NCBI RefSeq assembly: GCF_965657075.1
Contig: NZ_CBFHMV010000001.1
Span: forward strand, 191,647-255,646
Length of the DNA: 64,000 nt
Reading direction: 5' to 3'
Source of the DNA: Flavobacterium sp.
GTDB taxonomy: Bacteria > Bacteroidota > Bacteroidia > Flavobacteriales > Flavobacteriaceae
A model generated the notes under the pieces. It was not told the DNA's origin, did no database searches, and was given only the letters and a program-made list of their open reading frames with translations. The number at the start of each line of letters is the position of its first letter. Position 1 is the first letter of the stretch. The position numbers and the translations under genes were made by a program. Below are positions 55,143-64,000 of the stretch, in pieces.

Positions 55143-55717
55143 TAGCTATTGTAAAATATAATGCGGGCAATATAAAATCTGTAAAAAATGCAGTAGAGCG
55201 TTTGGGTTTTGAATGCATAGTTACAGATGATGCAAAGCTGTTAAATACCGCTGAAAAAGTTATTTTTCCTGGTGTTGGAGAAGCTTCATCTGCTATGAAT
55301 TATCTCAGAGAACGAAAATTAGATCAAGTCATTAAAAACCTTAAACAACCTGTTTTAGGCATTTGCTTAGGACAACAATTATTATGTAGATTTTCTGAAG
55401 AGAACAACACCAAATGTTTAGCAATTTTTGATGTTCAAGTGAAAAAATTTGAACCAAAACTAAAAATTCCTCACATGGGTTGGAACAATTTAAAAAATAT
55501 AAATTGCAGTTTGTTTGAAGGAATTGCTTCAATTGATGATTTTTATTTTGTACATAATTATTATGCAGAAATTGGTCAAGAAACCACTGCTGTTTGTGAT
55601 TATATAGTGCCATTTAGTGCTGCCATGCAAAAAAATAATTTTTATGCAACACAGTTTCATCCAGAAAAATCTTCCAAAGTTGGAGCGCAAGTTTTATTAA
55701 ATTTTTTACAATTATGA
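55139..55717 (+). CDS. hisH: Imidazole glycerol phosphate synthase, glutamine amidotransferase subunit
   Basis: Class I GATase ([15 protein letters not shown]). 4-nt overlap with hisB. Confidence 0.95.
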   Translation: MIAIVKYNAGNIKSVKNAVERLGFECIVTDDAKLLNTAEKVIFPGVGEASSAMNYLRERKLDQVIKNLKQPVLGICLGQQLLCRFSEENNTKCLAIFDVQVKKFEPKLKIPHMGWNNLKNINCSLFEGIASIDDFYFVHNYYAEIGQETTAVCDYIVPFSAAMQKNNFYATQFHPEKSSKVGAQVLLNFLQL

Positions 55718-56427
55718 GAATTATACCAGCAATAGATATTATAAACGGAAAATGTGTTAGATTGACAAAAGGAGACTATTCGACTCAAAAAACATACAAC
55801 GAAAATCCTTTGGAAGTTGCCAATTTTTTTGAAGATAATGGAGTTGCATTTTTGCATTTAGTAGATTTGGATGGAGCAAAATCAAACACAATTATCAATC
55901 ATAAAGTATTGTATGAAATTGCATCTAAAACCAACTTAAAAATTGATTTTGGTGGTGGATTGAAGCAACATAAAGATATTCAAATTGCTTTTGAAAATGG
56001 AGCCAATCAAATTACGGGTGGAAGTATTGCTTATAAAAGTGAAGCGACTTTTTTGGAATGGTTGACAACGTATGGAAGTTCAAAAATTATTTTAGGAGCA
56101 GATGCACTTCACCGAAAAATTGCAACTCAAGGTTGGTTGGATACTTCTGATAAAGATGTAGTTGATTTTATTTTAGAATACGAACAAAAAGGAATCGAAT
56201 ATGTAATTTCAACAGACATTTCAAAAGATGGTATGCTTCAAGGTCCTTCTTTAGATTTATATCAAGAAATAATATCAAAATCTAATGTAAAATTAATTGC
56301 TAGTGGTGGCATCACAACTATTGAAGATGTTATAGCGTTAAAAAATATGGGTTGCGAAGGTGCCATTATAGGAAAAGCCATCTATGAAGGTACAATTAAT
56401 CTTAAAGAATTAATGAAGTTATGTTAA
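55714..56427 (+). CDS. hisA: ProFAR isomerase
   Basis: HisA (beta/alpha)8 barrel (IIPAIDI..G..VRL, GGGL, ASGGI). Confidence 0.95.
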   Translation: MRIIPAIDIINGKCVRLTKGDYSTQKTYNENPLEVANFFEDNGVAFLHLVDLDGAKSNTIINHKVLYEIASKTNLKIDFGGGLKQHKDIQIAFENGANQITGGSIAYKSEATFLEWLTTYGSSKIILGADALHRKIATQGWLDTSDKDVVDFILEYEQKGIEYVISTDISKDGMLQGPSLDLYQEIISKSNVKLIASGGITTIEDVIALKNMGCEGAIIGKAIYEGTINLKELMKLC

Positions 56428-57173
56428 AAAAAAGAATTATTCCTTGTTTGGATATCAAAGATGGAAGGGTAGTCAAAGGCATTCAGTTTGAAGGCTTACG
56501 TGATGCAGGAAATCCAGTTGAATTAGCACAATTTTATTCGGATAATGGAGCTGATGAATTAGTGTTTTTGGACATTAGTGCCACTTTAGAAAAAAGAAAA
56601 ACATTAGCACAAATGGTTGAAGAAATTGCATCTAAAATCAACATTCCATTTACGGTTGGTGGAGGTATTCAATCGATCGAAGATGCAAAATTTCTATTGC
56701 AATCAGGTGCCGATAAAGTGAGTATTAATTCGGCTGCGGTTAAAAATATAGAGTTAATTTCTTTGATTTCCAATGAATTAGGAAGTCAAAGTTTGGTAGT
56801 TGCTATAGACATTAAACAAACGGACAAAAATTGGATGGTGTACATCAATGGTGGTACTAAAGCAACAAATTTTGAGGCCGTTTCTTGGGCTAAAGAAGTT
56901 ACTACATTAGGAGCTGGTGAAATTCTTCTCACTTCTATGAATAACGATGGTGGCAAAAATGGCTTTTCATTAGAAATTACAGAAAAAATTAGTCAATCTA
57001 TTGAAATACCTGTAATAGCTTCTGGAGGAGCTGGATCTAAAGAACATTTTTTAGATTTATTTTCAAAAACAAATGTCAGTGCAGGATTGGCAGCAAGTAT
57101 TTTTCATTTTAATGAAGTAACCATTCCTGATCTTAAAAACTATTTAAAAACCAATTTAATTGCCATACGATGA
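56421..57173 (+). CDS. hisF: Imidazole glycerol phosphate synthase, cyclase subunit
   Basis: HisF motifs ([28 protein letters not shown]). Confidence 0.97.
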   Translation: MLKKRIIPCLDIKDGRVVKGIQFEGLRDAGNPVELAQFYSDNGADELVFLDISATLEKRKTLAQMVEEIASKINIPFTVGGGIQSIEDAKFLLQSGADKVSINSAAVKNIELISLISNELGSQSLVVAIDIKQTDKNWMVYINGGTKATNFEAVSWAKEVTTLGAGEILLTSMNNDGGKNGFSLEITEKISQSIEIPVIASGGAGSKEHFLDLFSKTNVSAGLAASIFHFNEVTIPDLKNYLKTNLIAIR

Positions 57174-57760
57174 ACCTAAATTTCGATATTACAACAGGAT
57201 TAATTCCAGTCATTATTCAAGATTATCAAACCTTACAAGTTCTAATGTTGGGTTATATGAACGAAGAAGCGGTTGCCAAAACAATAGCCGAAAATAGAGT
57301 CACTTTTTTCAGTAGAAGTAAAAACAGATTATGGACAAAAGGAGAAACTTCGGGCAATTATTTAGAAGTGATTTCTATGTATGATGATTGTGATAAAGAT
57401 ACGCTTTTAATTTTGGCAAAACCTTCCGGACCAACCTGTCACAACGGAACAATTTCTTGCTTTAATACTTCAAAAGAAAGTACATTTTTATATCAATTGG
57501 AAAATACTCTACAACAAAGAATTTCTAGTAACGATGAAAACTCTTATACTGTTTCCTTGGTACAAAAAGGCATTAATAAAGTAGCTCAAAAAGTAGGTGA
57601 AGAAGCAGTAGAATTAGTTATTGAAGCTAAAGATAACAACGATACTTTATTTTTAAATGAAGCAGCAGATTTAATGTATCATTATTTACTTTTATTGCAA
57701 GTAAAAGGATTTCAATTTAAGGATGTTGAAGCCATTTTAAAAGAAAGAAACAAAGGTTAA
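57170..57760 (+). CDS. hisIE: Bifunctional phosphoribosyl-AMP cyclohydrolase / phosphoribosyl-ATP pyrophosphatase
   Basis: HisI motif ([23 protein letters not shown]) fused to the HisE helical domain ([10 protein letters not shown]). Confidence 0.95.
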   Translation: MNLNFDITTGLIPVIIQDYQTLQVLMLGYMNEEAVAKTIAENRVTFFSRSKNRLWTKGETSGNYLEVISMYDDCDKDTLLILAKPSGPTCHNGTISCFNTSKESTFLYQLENTLQQRISSNDENSYTVSLVQKGINKVAQKVGEEAVELVIEAKDNNDTLFLNEAADLMYHYLLLLQVKGFQFKDVEAILKERNKG

Positions 57761-57792
57761 CCAAATCATAAAGTTTTAAAAAAAAATAATTT

Positions 57793-57827
57793 TTGCATTT
57801 TTATATCAAAAAACTTTTATACGTTTG
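57793..57827 (+). promoter_or_regulatory. Candidate trp operon promoter (TTG-N24-TAcgTTTG)
   Basis: TAcgTTTG at 57820-57827, ending only 8 nt before the leader ATG. TTG at 57793-57795, so the spacer is rather long. Confidence 0.4.
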
Positions 57828-57835
57828 TACTCACA

Positions 57836-57904
57836 ATGAAAAATTATACACAAAATACAAATTGGTGGGACATGACTAACTCCGTTCTTGGAATTGGTTG
57901 GTAA
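57836..57904 (+). CDS. trpL: trp operon leader peptide (22 aa, tandem Trp codons)
   Basis: MKNYTQNTNWWDMTNSVLGIGW*. TGG TGG at 57863-57868 and a third TGG just before the stop. Followed by a terminator upstream of trpE. Confidence 0.75.
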   Translation: MKNYTQNTNWWDMTNSVLGIGW

Positions 57905-57934
57905 CTGCTATTTGTAATTTTCTACAAGATATCG

Positions 57935-57963
57935 AAACCCACTTTTCCAAGTGGGTTTTTTTT
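57935..57963 (+). terminator. trp attenuator terminator
   Basis: aaacccact-tttcca-agtgggttt followed by ttttt, 32 nt upstream of the trpE ATG. Confidence 0.8.
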
Positions 57964-57994
57964 ATGTTTCATTTTTCCAAAAATCATTTTAATT

Positions 57995-59386
57995 ATGTCA
58001 TTTCAATTCAAAACTAATTTATATAAAACGTTAAGCGATACGCACACACCTGTGGAGTTGTATTTGAAAATTAGAGATAAATTTCCCAACAGTTTTTTAT
58101 TGGAAAGTTCTGATTATAAGAGTAAAGAGAATAGTTTTTCGTATTTATGCTTTAATCCTGTGGCTTCTTTTGTTGTTGATAAAGAGCTTACAAAAATCAA
58201 TTTTCCAGACGGAAATTCGCTTCAAAAACAAACAAAATCAATTCATGTAGCAGATGAATTATATCAATTTACCAATGCCTTTCAATCGGATGATTTAAAA
58301 CAAGATTTCATCACAAATGGTTTATTTGGCTACACGTCTTATGATGCAATTCCTCTTTTTGAAACGATTCAATTTGAGAATCAAACCTTTGATTTACCTC
58401 TAATTCAGTATCATTTGTTCAGGAATATGATTGTTTTTAATCATTTTAATAATGAATTATTCATCATCGAAAATCATTTGGAAAATGAAACTTCTAATTT
58501 GAATGAAATTAAAGATATTATTTCCAAACGTTCGGTAACTACTTTTTCATTTAAAAAAGCGAATACCGAAACTTCTAATTTTACGGATTCCGAATTCTTA
58601 GATAAAATCGAAATTGGGAAAGAACATTGTTTTGCTGGTGATGTTTTTCAAGTGGTATTTTCTCGAAAATTTAAACAAAAATTTCAAGGCGACGAATTCA
58701 ATGTGTATAGAGCTTTGCGTTCCATTAATCCTTCACCTTACTTGTTTTATTATGATTATGGCGATTTTAAAATTTTTGGTTCTTCTCCCGAAGCGCAGCT
58801 TACCATTTCAAATCAAAAAGCAACTATAAATCCAATTGCTGGTACATTTAAAAGAACAGGAGATTTTGAAGAAGACAATCTACTAGCTGATGCTCTAAAA
58901 CAAGATCCAAAAGAAAATGCCGAACATATCATGTTGGTTGATTTAGCACGAAACGATTTAAGTAAAAACAGTATCAAAGTTTCAGTTGAAAAATATAAAG
59001 AAATAGAATTTTACTCACACGTCATTCACATGGTTTCAAAAGTGAGTGCACAATTGGAAAATGATTTTAATCCCATTAAAATTTTGGGCGATACGTATCC
59101 AGCAGGTACATTGTCAGGTGCTCCAAAACATAAAGCCATGCAAATTATTGATGCAAATGAACCAGAAAGTAGAGGTTTTTATGGAGGAACTGTCGGAATT
59201 ATAGGTTTAGATAAAACGTTCAATCATGCCATTTTTATTCGTTCTTTTTTGAGTTATAAAAACGAATTAACATACCAAGCAGGTTGTGGTATTGTAACTA
59301 AATCTGACGCAAAATTAGAATTAAAAGAAGTAACTAATAAATTGGAAGCTTTACGAAAAGCCATTGATTTAGCAGAATCTTTATAA
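57995..59386 (+). CDS. trpE: Anthranilate synthase component I
   Basis: Chorismate-binding enzyme with the N-terminal LLESS Trp-feedback motif and C-terminal GAPK / GGTVG motifs. Confidence 0.95.
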   Translation: MSFQFKTNLYKTLSDTHTPVELYLKIRDKFPNSFLLESSDYKSKENSFSYLCFNPVASFVVDKELTKINFPDGNSLQKQTKSIHVADELYQFTNAFQSDDLKQDFITNGLFGYTSYDAIPLFETIQFENQTFDLPLIQYHLFRNMIVFNHFNNELFIIENHLENETSNLNEIKDIISKRSVTTFSFKKANTETSNFTDSEFLDKIEIGKEHCFAGDVFQVVFSRKFKQKFQGDEFNVYRALRSINPSPYLFYYDYGDFKIFGSSPEAQLTISNQKATINPIAGTFKRTGDFEEDNLLADALKQDPKENAEHIMLVDLARNDLSKNSIKVSVEKYKEIEFYSHVIHMVSKVSAQLENDFNPIKILGDTYPAGTLSGAPKHKAMQIIDANEPESRGFYGGTVGIIGLDKTFNHAIFIRSFLSYKNELTYQAGCGIVTKSDAKLELKEVTNKLEALRKAIDLAESL

Positions 59387-59403
59387 CAAGAAAAAATGTT
59401 AAA

Positions 59404-59967
59404 ATGAAAATATTAGTCATAGATAATTACGACTCTTTTGTGTACAACTTGGTTTGCATGATAAATAACTTGGTTGATGCAGAAGTACATATAGTAAAAA
59501 ACGACAAACTCCAATTTGAAACAATGGATACTTACAACAAAATTTTGCTTTCTCCTGGACCTGGAATTCCTAAAAATGCTGGAAAATTAATGCAAGTTTT
59601 AGAACAAAAAGCAGCTTCAGTAAGTATTTTGGGAGTTTGTTTAGGACATCAAGCAATTGCCGAATATTCAGGCGGAAGTTTATACAATTTACCGCAACCT
59701 TTACACGGAATTGCTTCAAATATTGCCATTATTAAAGAGGACTATTTGTTTCAAAATACGCCTAAACACTTTAAAATAGGGCATTATCACTCTTGGACAG
59801 TTTTGGAAAATGAAACTTCAGATTTTGAAGTCTTAGCACGAGATGAAAATCAAAACATCATGGCTATTAAACATAAAAAACATGATGTAAGAGGATTGCA
59901 GTTTCATCCAGAATCAGTTTTAACAGAATACGGAACTACTATAATTAACAACTGGTTAACTCATTAA
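59404..59967 (+). CDS. trpG: Anthranilate synthase component II (glutamine amidotransferase; may also serve PabA)
   Basis: Class I GATase triad context (GVCLGHQ, QFHPES). Confidence 0.93.
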   Translation: MKILVIDNYDSFVYNLVCMINNLVDAEVHIVKNDKLQFETMDTYNKILLSPGPGIPKNAGKLMQVLEQKAASVSILGVCLGHQAIAEYSGGSLYNLPQPLHGIASNIAIIKEDYLFQNTPKHFKIGHYHSWTVLENETSDFEVLARDENQNIMAIKHKKHDVRGLQFHPESVLTEYGTTIINNWLTH

Positions 59968-59973
59968 TACACT

Positions 59974-60966
59974 ATGAAAAATATATTAGAATACTTATAT
60001 GCACACAAAACATTTTCGAAAGAAGATGCTAAAGAAGTGCTTCAAGATATCGCTACCGGAAAGCATCAACCCACGCAAATTGCTTCTTTTTTAACGGCTT
60101 TCATCATGCGAAACATTACATTAGAAGAACTAATCGGATTTAGAGAAGCTTTAATTTCGCTTTGCAATAAAGTCGATTTATCAGCCTACAATCCAATGGA
60201 TGTTTGTGGTACAGGTGGAGATGGAAAAAATACGTTTAACATTTCAACTTTAACTTCTTTTGTAGTGGCTGGTGCTGGAATTCCTGTTGCAAAACATGGC
60301 AATTATGGCGTTTCTTCTATTTCAGGTTCTTCTAATGTTTTAGAACATCTAGGGGTTGTTTTTCCTACGGATAATCAAGTTATTGAAACTCAAATTAAGG
60401 AAGCAAATATTACTTTTTTACACGCACCTCTATTTCATCCAGCGTTAAAAAATGTGGGTCCAATTAGAAAAGAATTAGGTGTAAAAACGTTTTTCAATAT
60501 GCTTGGTCCTTTAGTAAATCCTGCTGAACCTAAAATTCAAATGACTGGTGTTTTTAGTTTGGAATTGGCTCGAATGTACCATTATATTTTACAACAAGAT
60601 CAATCCAAATATAGCATTATTTATGGATTAGATGGTTTTGATGAAATTACCTTAACTGATAAAACGAAAATCATTAAAAATTCAGGTGAAACTATTGTTG
60701 ATGCGAGTTCTTTTCAATTGCCAAGAACAAATTTAGAACAACTTTTTGGTGGAAATACGGTTGAAGAAGCTTCGCAAATTTTCTCAAATATTATCAATGG
60801 ATCAGGAACTGCAACTCAAAACAATGTGGTTTTAATCAATGCCGCAATTGCTATTCAAACCTATAAACAAGAGTTGGAAATTAATGAAGCTTTTGAATTG
60901 GCAAAAGAGTCTTTATTTGACTTAAAAGCATTGCAATCTTTACAAACTTTAAAACAAATTAGATGA
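59974..60966 (+). CDS. trpD: Anthranilate phosphoribosyltransferase
   Basis: CGTGGDG motif and KHGN; 330 aa. Confidence 0.95.
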   Translation: MKNILEYLYAHKTFSKEDAKEVLQDIATGKHQPTQIASFLTAFIMRNITLEELIGFREALISLCNKVDLSAYNPMDVCGTGGDGKNTFNISTLTSFVVAGAGIPVAKHGNYGVSSISGSSNVLEHLGVVFPTDNQVIETQIKEANITFLHAPLFHPALKNVGPIRKELGVKTFFNMLGPLVNPAEPKIQMTGVFSLELARMYHYILQQDQSKYSIIYGLDGFDEITLTDKTKIIKNSGETIVDASSFQLPRTNLEQLFGGNTVEEASQIFSNIINGSGTATQNNVVLINAAIAIQTYKQELEINEAFELAKESLFDLKALQSLQTLKQIR

Positions 60967-61748
60967 CCATTTTAGATACTATAAAAACACAAAAATTAAA
61001 AGAAGTGCAACAACTCAAACAACTTTATTCTATTTCAGATTTTGAAGAAATGCCTTTGTTTAATTCAACTACTCATTCATTAAAAAAAGTAATAGAAAGT
61101 TCTGTTACAGGTGGAATAATTGCCGAATTTAAAAGAAAATCTCCTGCAAAAGGTAACATTAATTTACAAGCCAATGCTGTTGAGGTAACTCAAGGATATG
61201 TTAATGCAGCTGTTTCTGGATTGTCTGTTTTAACGGATTCATTTTTTTTTGGAGCTGATAAAGAAGATTTTAATTTGGCTAGGAAAAACAATGCAATTCC
61301 AATGTTGCGAAAAGATTTTATTGTTGATGAGTATCAAATTTTTCAATCTAAAGCAATGGGTGCAGATGTTGTTTTGTTGATTGCGAAAATTTTGACGCAA
61401 AATGAAGTAATTCAATTTACCGAATCGGCACATCAATTAGGAATGGAAGTTTTTTTAGAAACTCAAAATGAACAAGAAATTATCCAGTACGCTGCCTTTG
61501 ATTTTGATTTGATTGGCATAAACAACCGCAACTTAAATTCCTTTGAAGTTAATGTTGAAAACAGCATCAAATTAGCTCAATTATTACCAAATGAAAGTAT
61601 AAAAATAGCTGAAAGTGGTATTGACTCTGTAGCAACAGTAAAAGTATTACAACAAAATGGTTTTCAAGGTTTTTTAATGGGTGAATATTTTATGAAAGAC
61701 AAAAATCCTGGTCAAAAATGTCAAGATTTTATAAATCAATTGGTATGA
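60963..61748 (+). CDS. trpC: Indole-3-glycerol phosphate synthase
   Basis: IAEFKRKSP, LRKDF and INNRNL motifs. Confidence 0.95.
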   Translation: MTILDTIKTQKLKEVQQLKQLYSISDFEEMPLFNSTTHSLKKVIESSVTGGIIAEFKRKSPAKGNINLQANAVEVTQGYVNAAVSGLSVLTDSFFFGADKEDFNLARKNNAIPMLRKDFIVDEYQIFQSKAMGADVVLLIAKILTQNEVIQFTESAHQLGMEVFLETQNEQEIIQYAAFDFDLIGINNRNLNSFEVNVENSIKLAQLLPNESIKIAESGIDSVATVKVLQQNGFQGFLMGEYFMKDKNPGQKCQDFINQLV

Positions 61749-62371
61749 AAAAAGTAAAAATTTGTGGTTTGTTTCAGGATGAAAATATAAAAGAAATTGC
61801 AACCCTTCGACCCGATTTTTTAGGCTTTATTTTTTATCCAAAATCGAAGCGTTTTGTGGCTGATAAACTTTCAAAGGAAATACTGAATTCTCTTCCAAAA
61901 GAAATTAATAAGACAGCGGTTTTTGTCAATGAAACCATTAAAACCATTCAAAATATAGTTCAAAACTATGCTTTTGATTATGTGCAATTGCATGGAAATG
62001 AAACGGTTCAATGCTGTCAAAAATTAAATGAAAGTAACATTAAAATCATAAAAGCTTTTTCTGTAGATGATGCTTTTCACTTTAGTATTTTGGAAGAGTA
62101 TCAAAAGTATTGTGATTATTTTTTATTTGATACAAAAACACCTAATTATGGAGGTAGTGGTAAAGCGTTTAATTGGCAAATTTTACAAAATTATCATCTA
62201 AACACTCCTTTTTTTTTAAGTGGAGGCATTGGATTACAAAACATAGACGATGCGCTACAGTTTCAGCATTTACAATTTATTGGATTAGACTGTAACAGTG
62301 CTTTAGAAAATCAAGATTACACTAAAAATCAAGAAAAAGTTGCTCAAATAATAGAAAAAATTTACTTATGA
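61745..62371 (+). CDS. trpF: Phosphoribosylanthranilate isomerase
   Basis: MKKVKICG start in an ATGA overlap with the trpC stop. FGFIF and QLHG motifs. Confidence 0.92.
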   Translation: MKKVKICGLFQDENIKEIATLRPDFLGFIFYPKSKRFVADKLSKEILNSLPKEINKTAVFVNETIKTIQNIVQNYAFDYVQLHGNETVQCCQKLNESNIKIIKAFSVDDAFHFSILEEYQKYCDYFLFDTKTPNYGGSGKAFNWQILQNYHLNTPFFLSGGIGLQNIDDALQFQHLQFIGLDCNSALENQDYTKNQEKVAQIIEKIYL

Positions 62372-62462
62372 AATCGCCATTAACTAAAAGTTTGTGCAAA
62401 CAAACACCAATAAATAAAAAAGCGATACCATATATGACTGCTAACGAATAAATTCTACAGAT

Positions 62463-63656
62463 ATGAAAACAAGAATTAAACCTGATGAAAATGGATTTTA
62501 TGGAGAATTTGGTGGAGCTTTTGTTCCAGAAATGCTCTATAATAACGTCAATGAATTGCAAAATAAGTATCAATCGATCATTGATTCTAAAGAGTTTCAA
62601 GATGAATTTCAAGCTTTACTAAAAGATTATGTGGGAAGACCTACACCTCTATATTTTTCAAAAAATCTTTCAGCCCAATTTGGAGCTCAAATCTATTTAA
62701 AAAGAGAGGATTTAAACCATACAGGAGCTCATAAAATAAACAATGCTATTGGTCAAGTTTTATTGGCCAAACGACTCAATAAAAAACGCATTATTGCCGA
62801 AACTGGAGCAGGTCAACACGGTGTAGCTACAGCAACTGCATGTGCTTTATTGGGTTTAGATTGTACTATTTATATGGGTGAAATCGACATTCAACGTCAA
62901 AAGCCTAATGTAGATAGAATGTTGCTAATGGGAGCCAAAATTCAGCCTGCAACAAGTGGAAGCAAAACATTAAAAGATGCAACTAATGAAGCCATTAGAG
63001 CATGGATTAAAGATCCTGTGGATACGCATTATGTTATTGGTTCTGTGGTTGGTCCTCATCCCTATCCTGATTTGGTAGCTCAATTTCAATCTATAATTAG
63101 CCAAGAAATTAAAGTGCAATTAAAAGAACAAACAGGCAATGAAAATCCAGACTATGTTTTAGCTTGCTTAGGTGGTGGAAGTAATGCTATCGGTGCTTTT
63201 TATCATTTTATTGATAACAAAAAAACAAAATTAATTGCCATTGAAGCTGGTGGTGAAGGAGTTAATTCTGGTAAAACAGCAGCAACTATTGCTTTAGGCA
63301 AAAAAGGAATCATTCACGGAAGTAAAACCTATTTAATTCAAACCAATGACGGTCAAATTGTAGAGCCCCATTCTATTTCTGCAGGTTTAGATTATCCAGG
63401 AATTGGACCCATTCATTCGTATTTAAATGACACTAAAAAGGCTACTGTGGTTAGTGTTACAGATGCAGAAGCCATTCAAGCAACTTTAGATTTATCTCGA
63501 AAAGAAGGAATAATTCCAGCTTTAGAATCAGCTCATGCTTTGGCTTATTTGTCAAAAATGACTTTTAATTTAGAAGATGTTGTTGTAGTTAATTTGTCTG
63601 GAAGAGGCGATAAAGATTTAGGAACCATTCAAAAATACATGAACAATGAGCAATAG
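62463..63656 (+). CDS. trpB: Tryptophan synthase beta chain
   Basis: PLP-Lys motif HTGAHKINN and GGGSNA. Confidence 0.97.
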   Translation: MKTRIKPDENGFYGEFGGAFVPEMLYNNVNELQNKYQSIIDSKEFQDEFQALLKDYVGRPTPLYFSKNLSAQFGAQIYLKREDLNHTGAHKINNAIGQVLLAKRLNKKRIIAETGAGQHGVATATACALLGLDCTIYMGEIDIQRQKPNVDRMLLMGAKIQPATSGSKTLKDATNEAIRAWIKDPVDTHYVIGSVVGPHPYPDLVAQFQSIISQEIKVQLKEQTGNENPDYVLACLGGGSNAIGAFYHFIDNKKTKLIAIEAGGEGVNSGKTAATIALGKKGIIHGSKTYLIQTNDGQIVEPHSISAGLDYPGIGPIHSYLNDTKKATVVSVTDAEAIQATLDLSRKEGIIPALESAHALAYLSKMTFNLEDVVVVNLSGRGDKDLGTIQKYMNNEQ

Positions 63657-64000
63657 AATTAAACACTTATTTGAAACAAAAAACGATAAATTACTTTCCA
63701 TTTATTTTACGGCTGGTTATCCAAGTTTGAATGATACTTTAAAAATTATAGAAGCTTTGGACGAAAGTAAAGTAGATGTAATTGAAATAGGCTTCCCGTA
63801 TTCGGATCCTTTAGCAGATGGACCAATAATACAAGAAAGTAGTGGAAAAGCTATTGAAAACGGCATGACATTGGCTTATTTGTTTTATCAGTTGGAAGCT
63901 TTACGAAGTATAACACAAATTCCGATCGTATTGATGGGTTATTTGAATCCAGTAATACAATTTGGAGAAGAAAATTTTATAAGAAAATGTGCTGAAGTAG
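63646..64000 (+). CDS. trpA: Tryptophan synthase alpha chain (3' end cut by window edge)
   Basis: ATG at 63646 overlaps the trpB 3' end. [28 protein letters not shown]...[18 protein letters not shown] is a typical TrpA N-terminus. Absent from the ORF track because no stop lies in the window. Confidence 0.9.
   Translation, partial: MSNRIKHLFETKNDKLLSIYFTAGYPSLNDTLKIIEALDESKVDVIEIGFPYSDPLADGPIIQESSGKAIENGMTLAYLFYQLEALRSITQIPIVLMGYLNPVIQFGEENFIRKCAEV

Noticed and set aside
62372-62462. 91-nt gap between trpF and trpB, examined for an internal attenuator or promoter. It is spanned by antisense ORF 62322-62612.
   Set aside because: There are no Trp-codon mini-ORF, terminator-like hairpin or exact promoter box. 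The antisense ORF overlaps two real genes and has no supporting features.
1-64000. Search by eye for tRNA/rRNA genes, CRISPR arrays, transposases, integrases, phage genes, toxin-antitoxin pairs, restriction-modification genes or known defence genes.
   Set aside because: None found. All intergenic regions are short and AT-rich, with no GC-rich structured segments or spaced direct repeats. Every long ORF has a housekeeping or hypothetical assignment. A computational scan (tRNAscan, Infernal/Rfam, defence-system HMMs) is still needed to be sure.

Overview
Low-GC chromosomal segment that looks like Flavobacteriia (Bacteroidota). Supporting signs are a GldH gliding-motility lipoprotein, a subtilase with a T9SS-type C-terminal sorting domain, and TTG/TAnnTTTG-type promoter boxes. 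About 65 protein genes are densely packed and almost all are housekeeping.

Gene content, left to right:
- Metal-homeostasis cluster (1-8.9 kb): DtxR/MntR regulator, ZIP transporter, TonB-dependent receptor, feoA-feoB plus a small Cys-rich Feo-associated protein, a cytochrome c lipoprotein and a two-component system.
- ogt, a serine hydrolase and a DEDD exonuclease.
- A 983-aa secreted S8 protease.
- CoA-transferase subunits A and B.
- PSP1-gldH-PBP1A operon.
- trhO and recA.
- Lipoprotein / ECF-sigma / membrane-anchored beta-barrel module.
- GNAT-nitrilase fusion.
- Tail-less ssb plus an HRDC protein.
- HDAC-HAD-metG.
- LD-carboxypeptidase, yraN, mfd, tdh and amt.
- Contiguous hisGDCBHAF(IE) and trpEGDCFBA operons, each preceded by a leader-peptide attenuator that is missing from the ORF track.

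Reading by eye I saw no rRNA, tRNA, CRISPR array, transposase, integrase or prophage genes.

Nothing here is an unambiguous new system. The best candidates for unexplained biology are:
1. An AT-rich three-gene module at 40.7-42.5 kb: a short XRE regulator divergent from an 86-aa exported Cys/Thr-rich peptide with a Trp-rich tail, plus a CarboxypepD_reg-domain protein.
2. The ECF-sigma-linked protein, which appears to combine an inner-membrane anchor with an outer-membrane beta-barrel.
3. A TrhO with an extra C-terminal barrel resembling the peptidase-U32 (TrhP) C-terminal domain.
4. 10-bp-phased ACTGAT repeats over the divergent feoA / cytochrome c promoters.
5. A small palindromic REP-like repeat family.

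All motif coordinates were read by eye and may be off by 1-2 nt. No searches or folding calculations were run.
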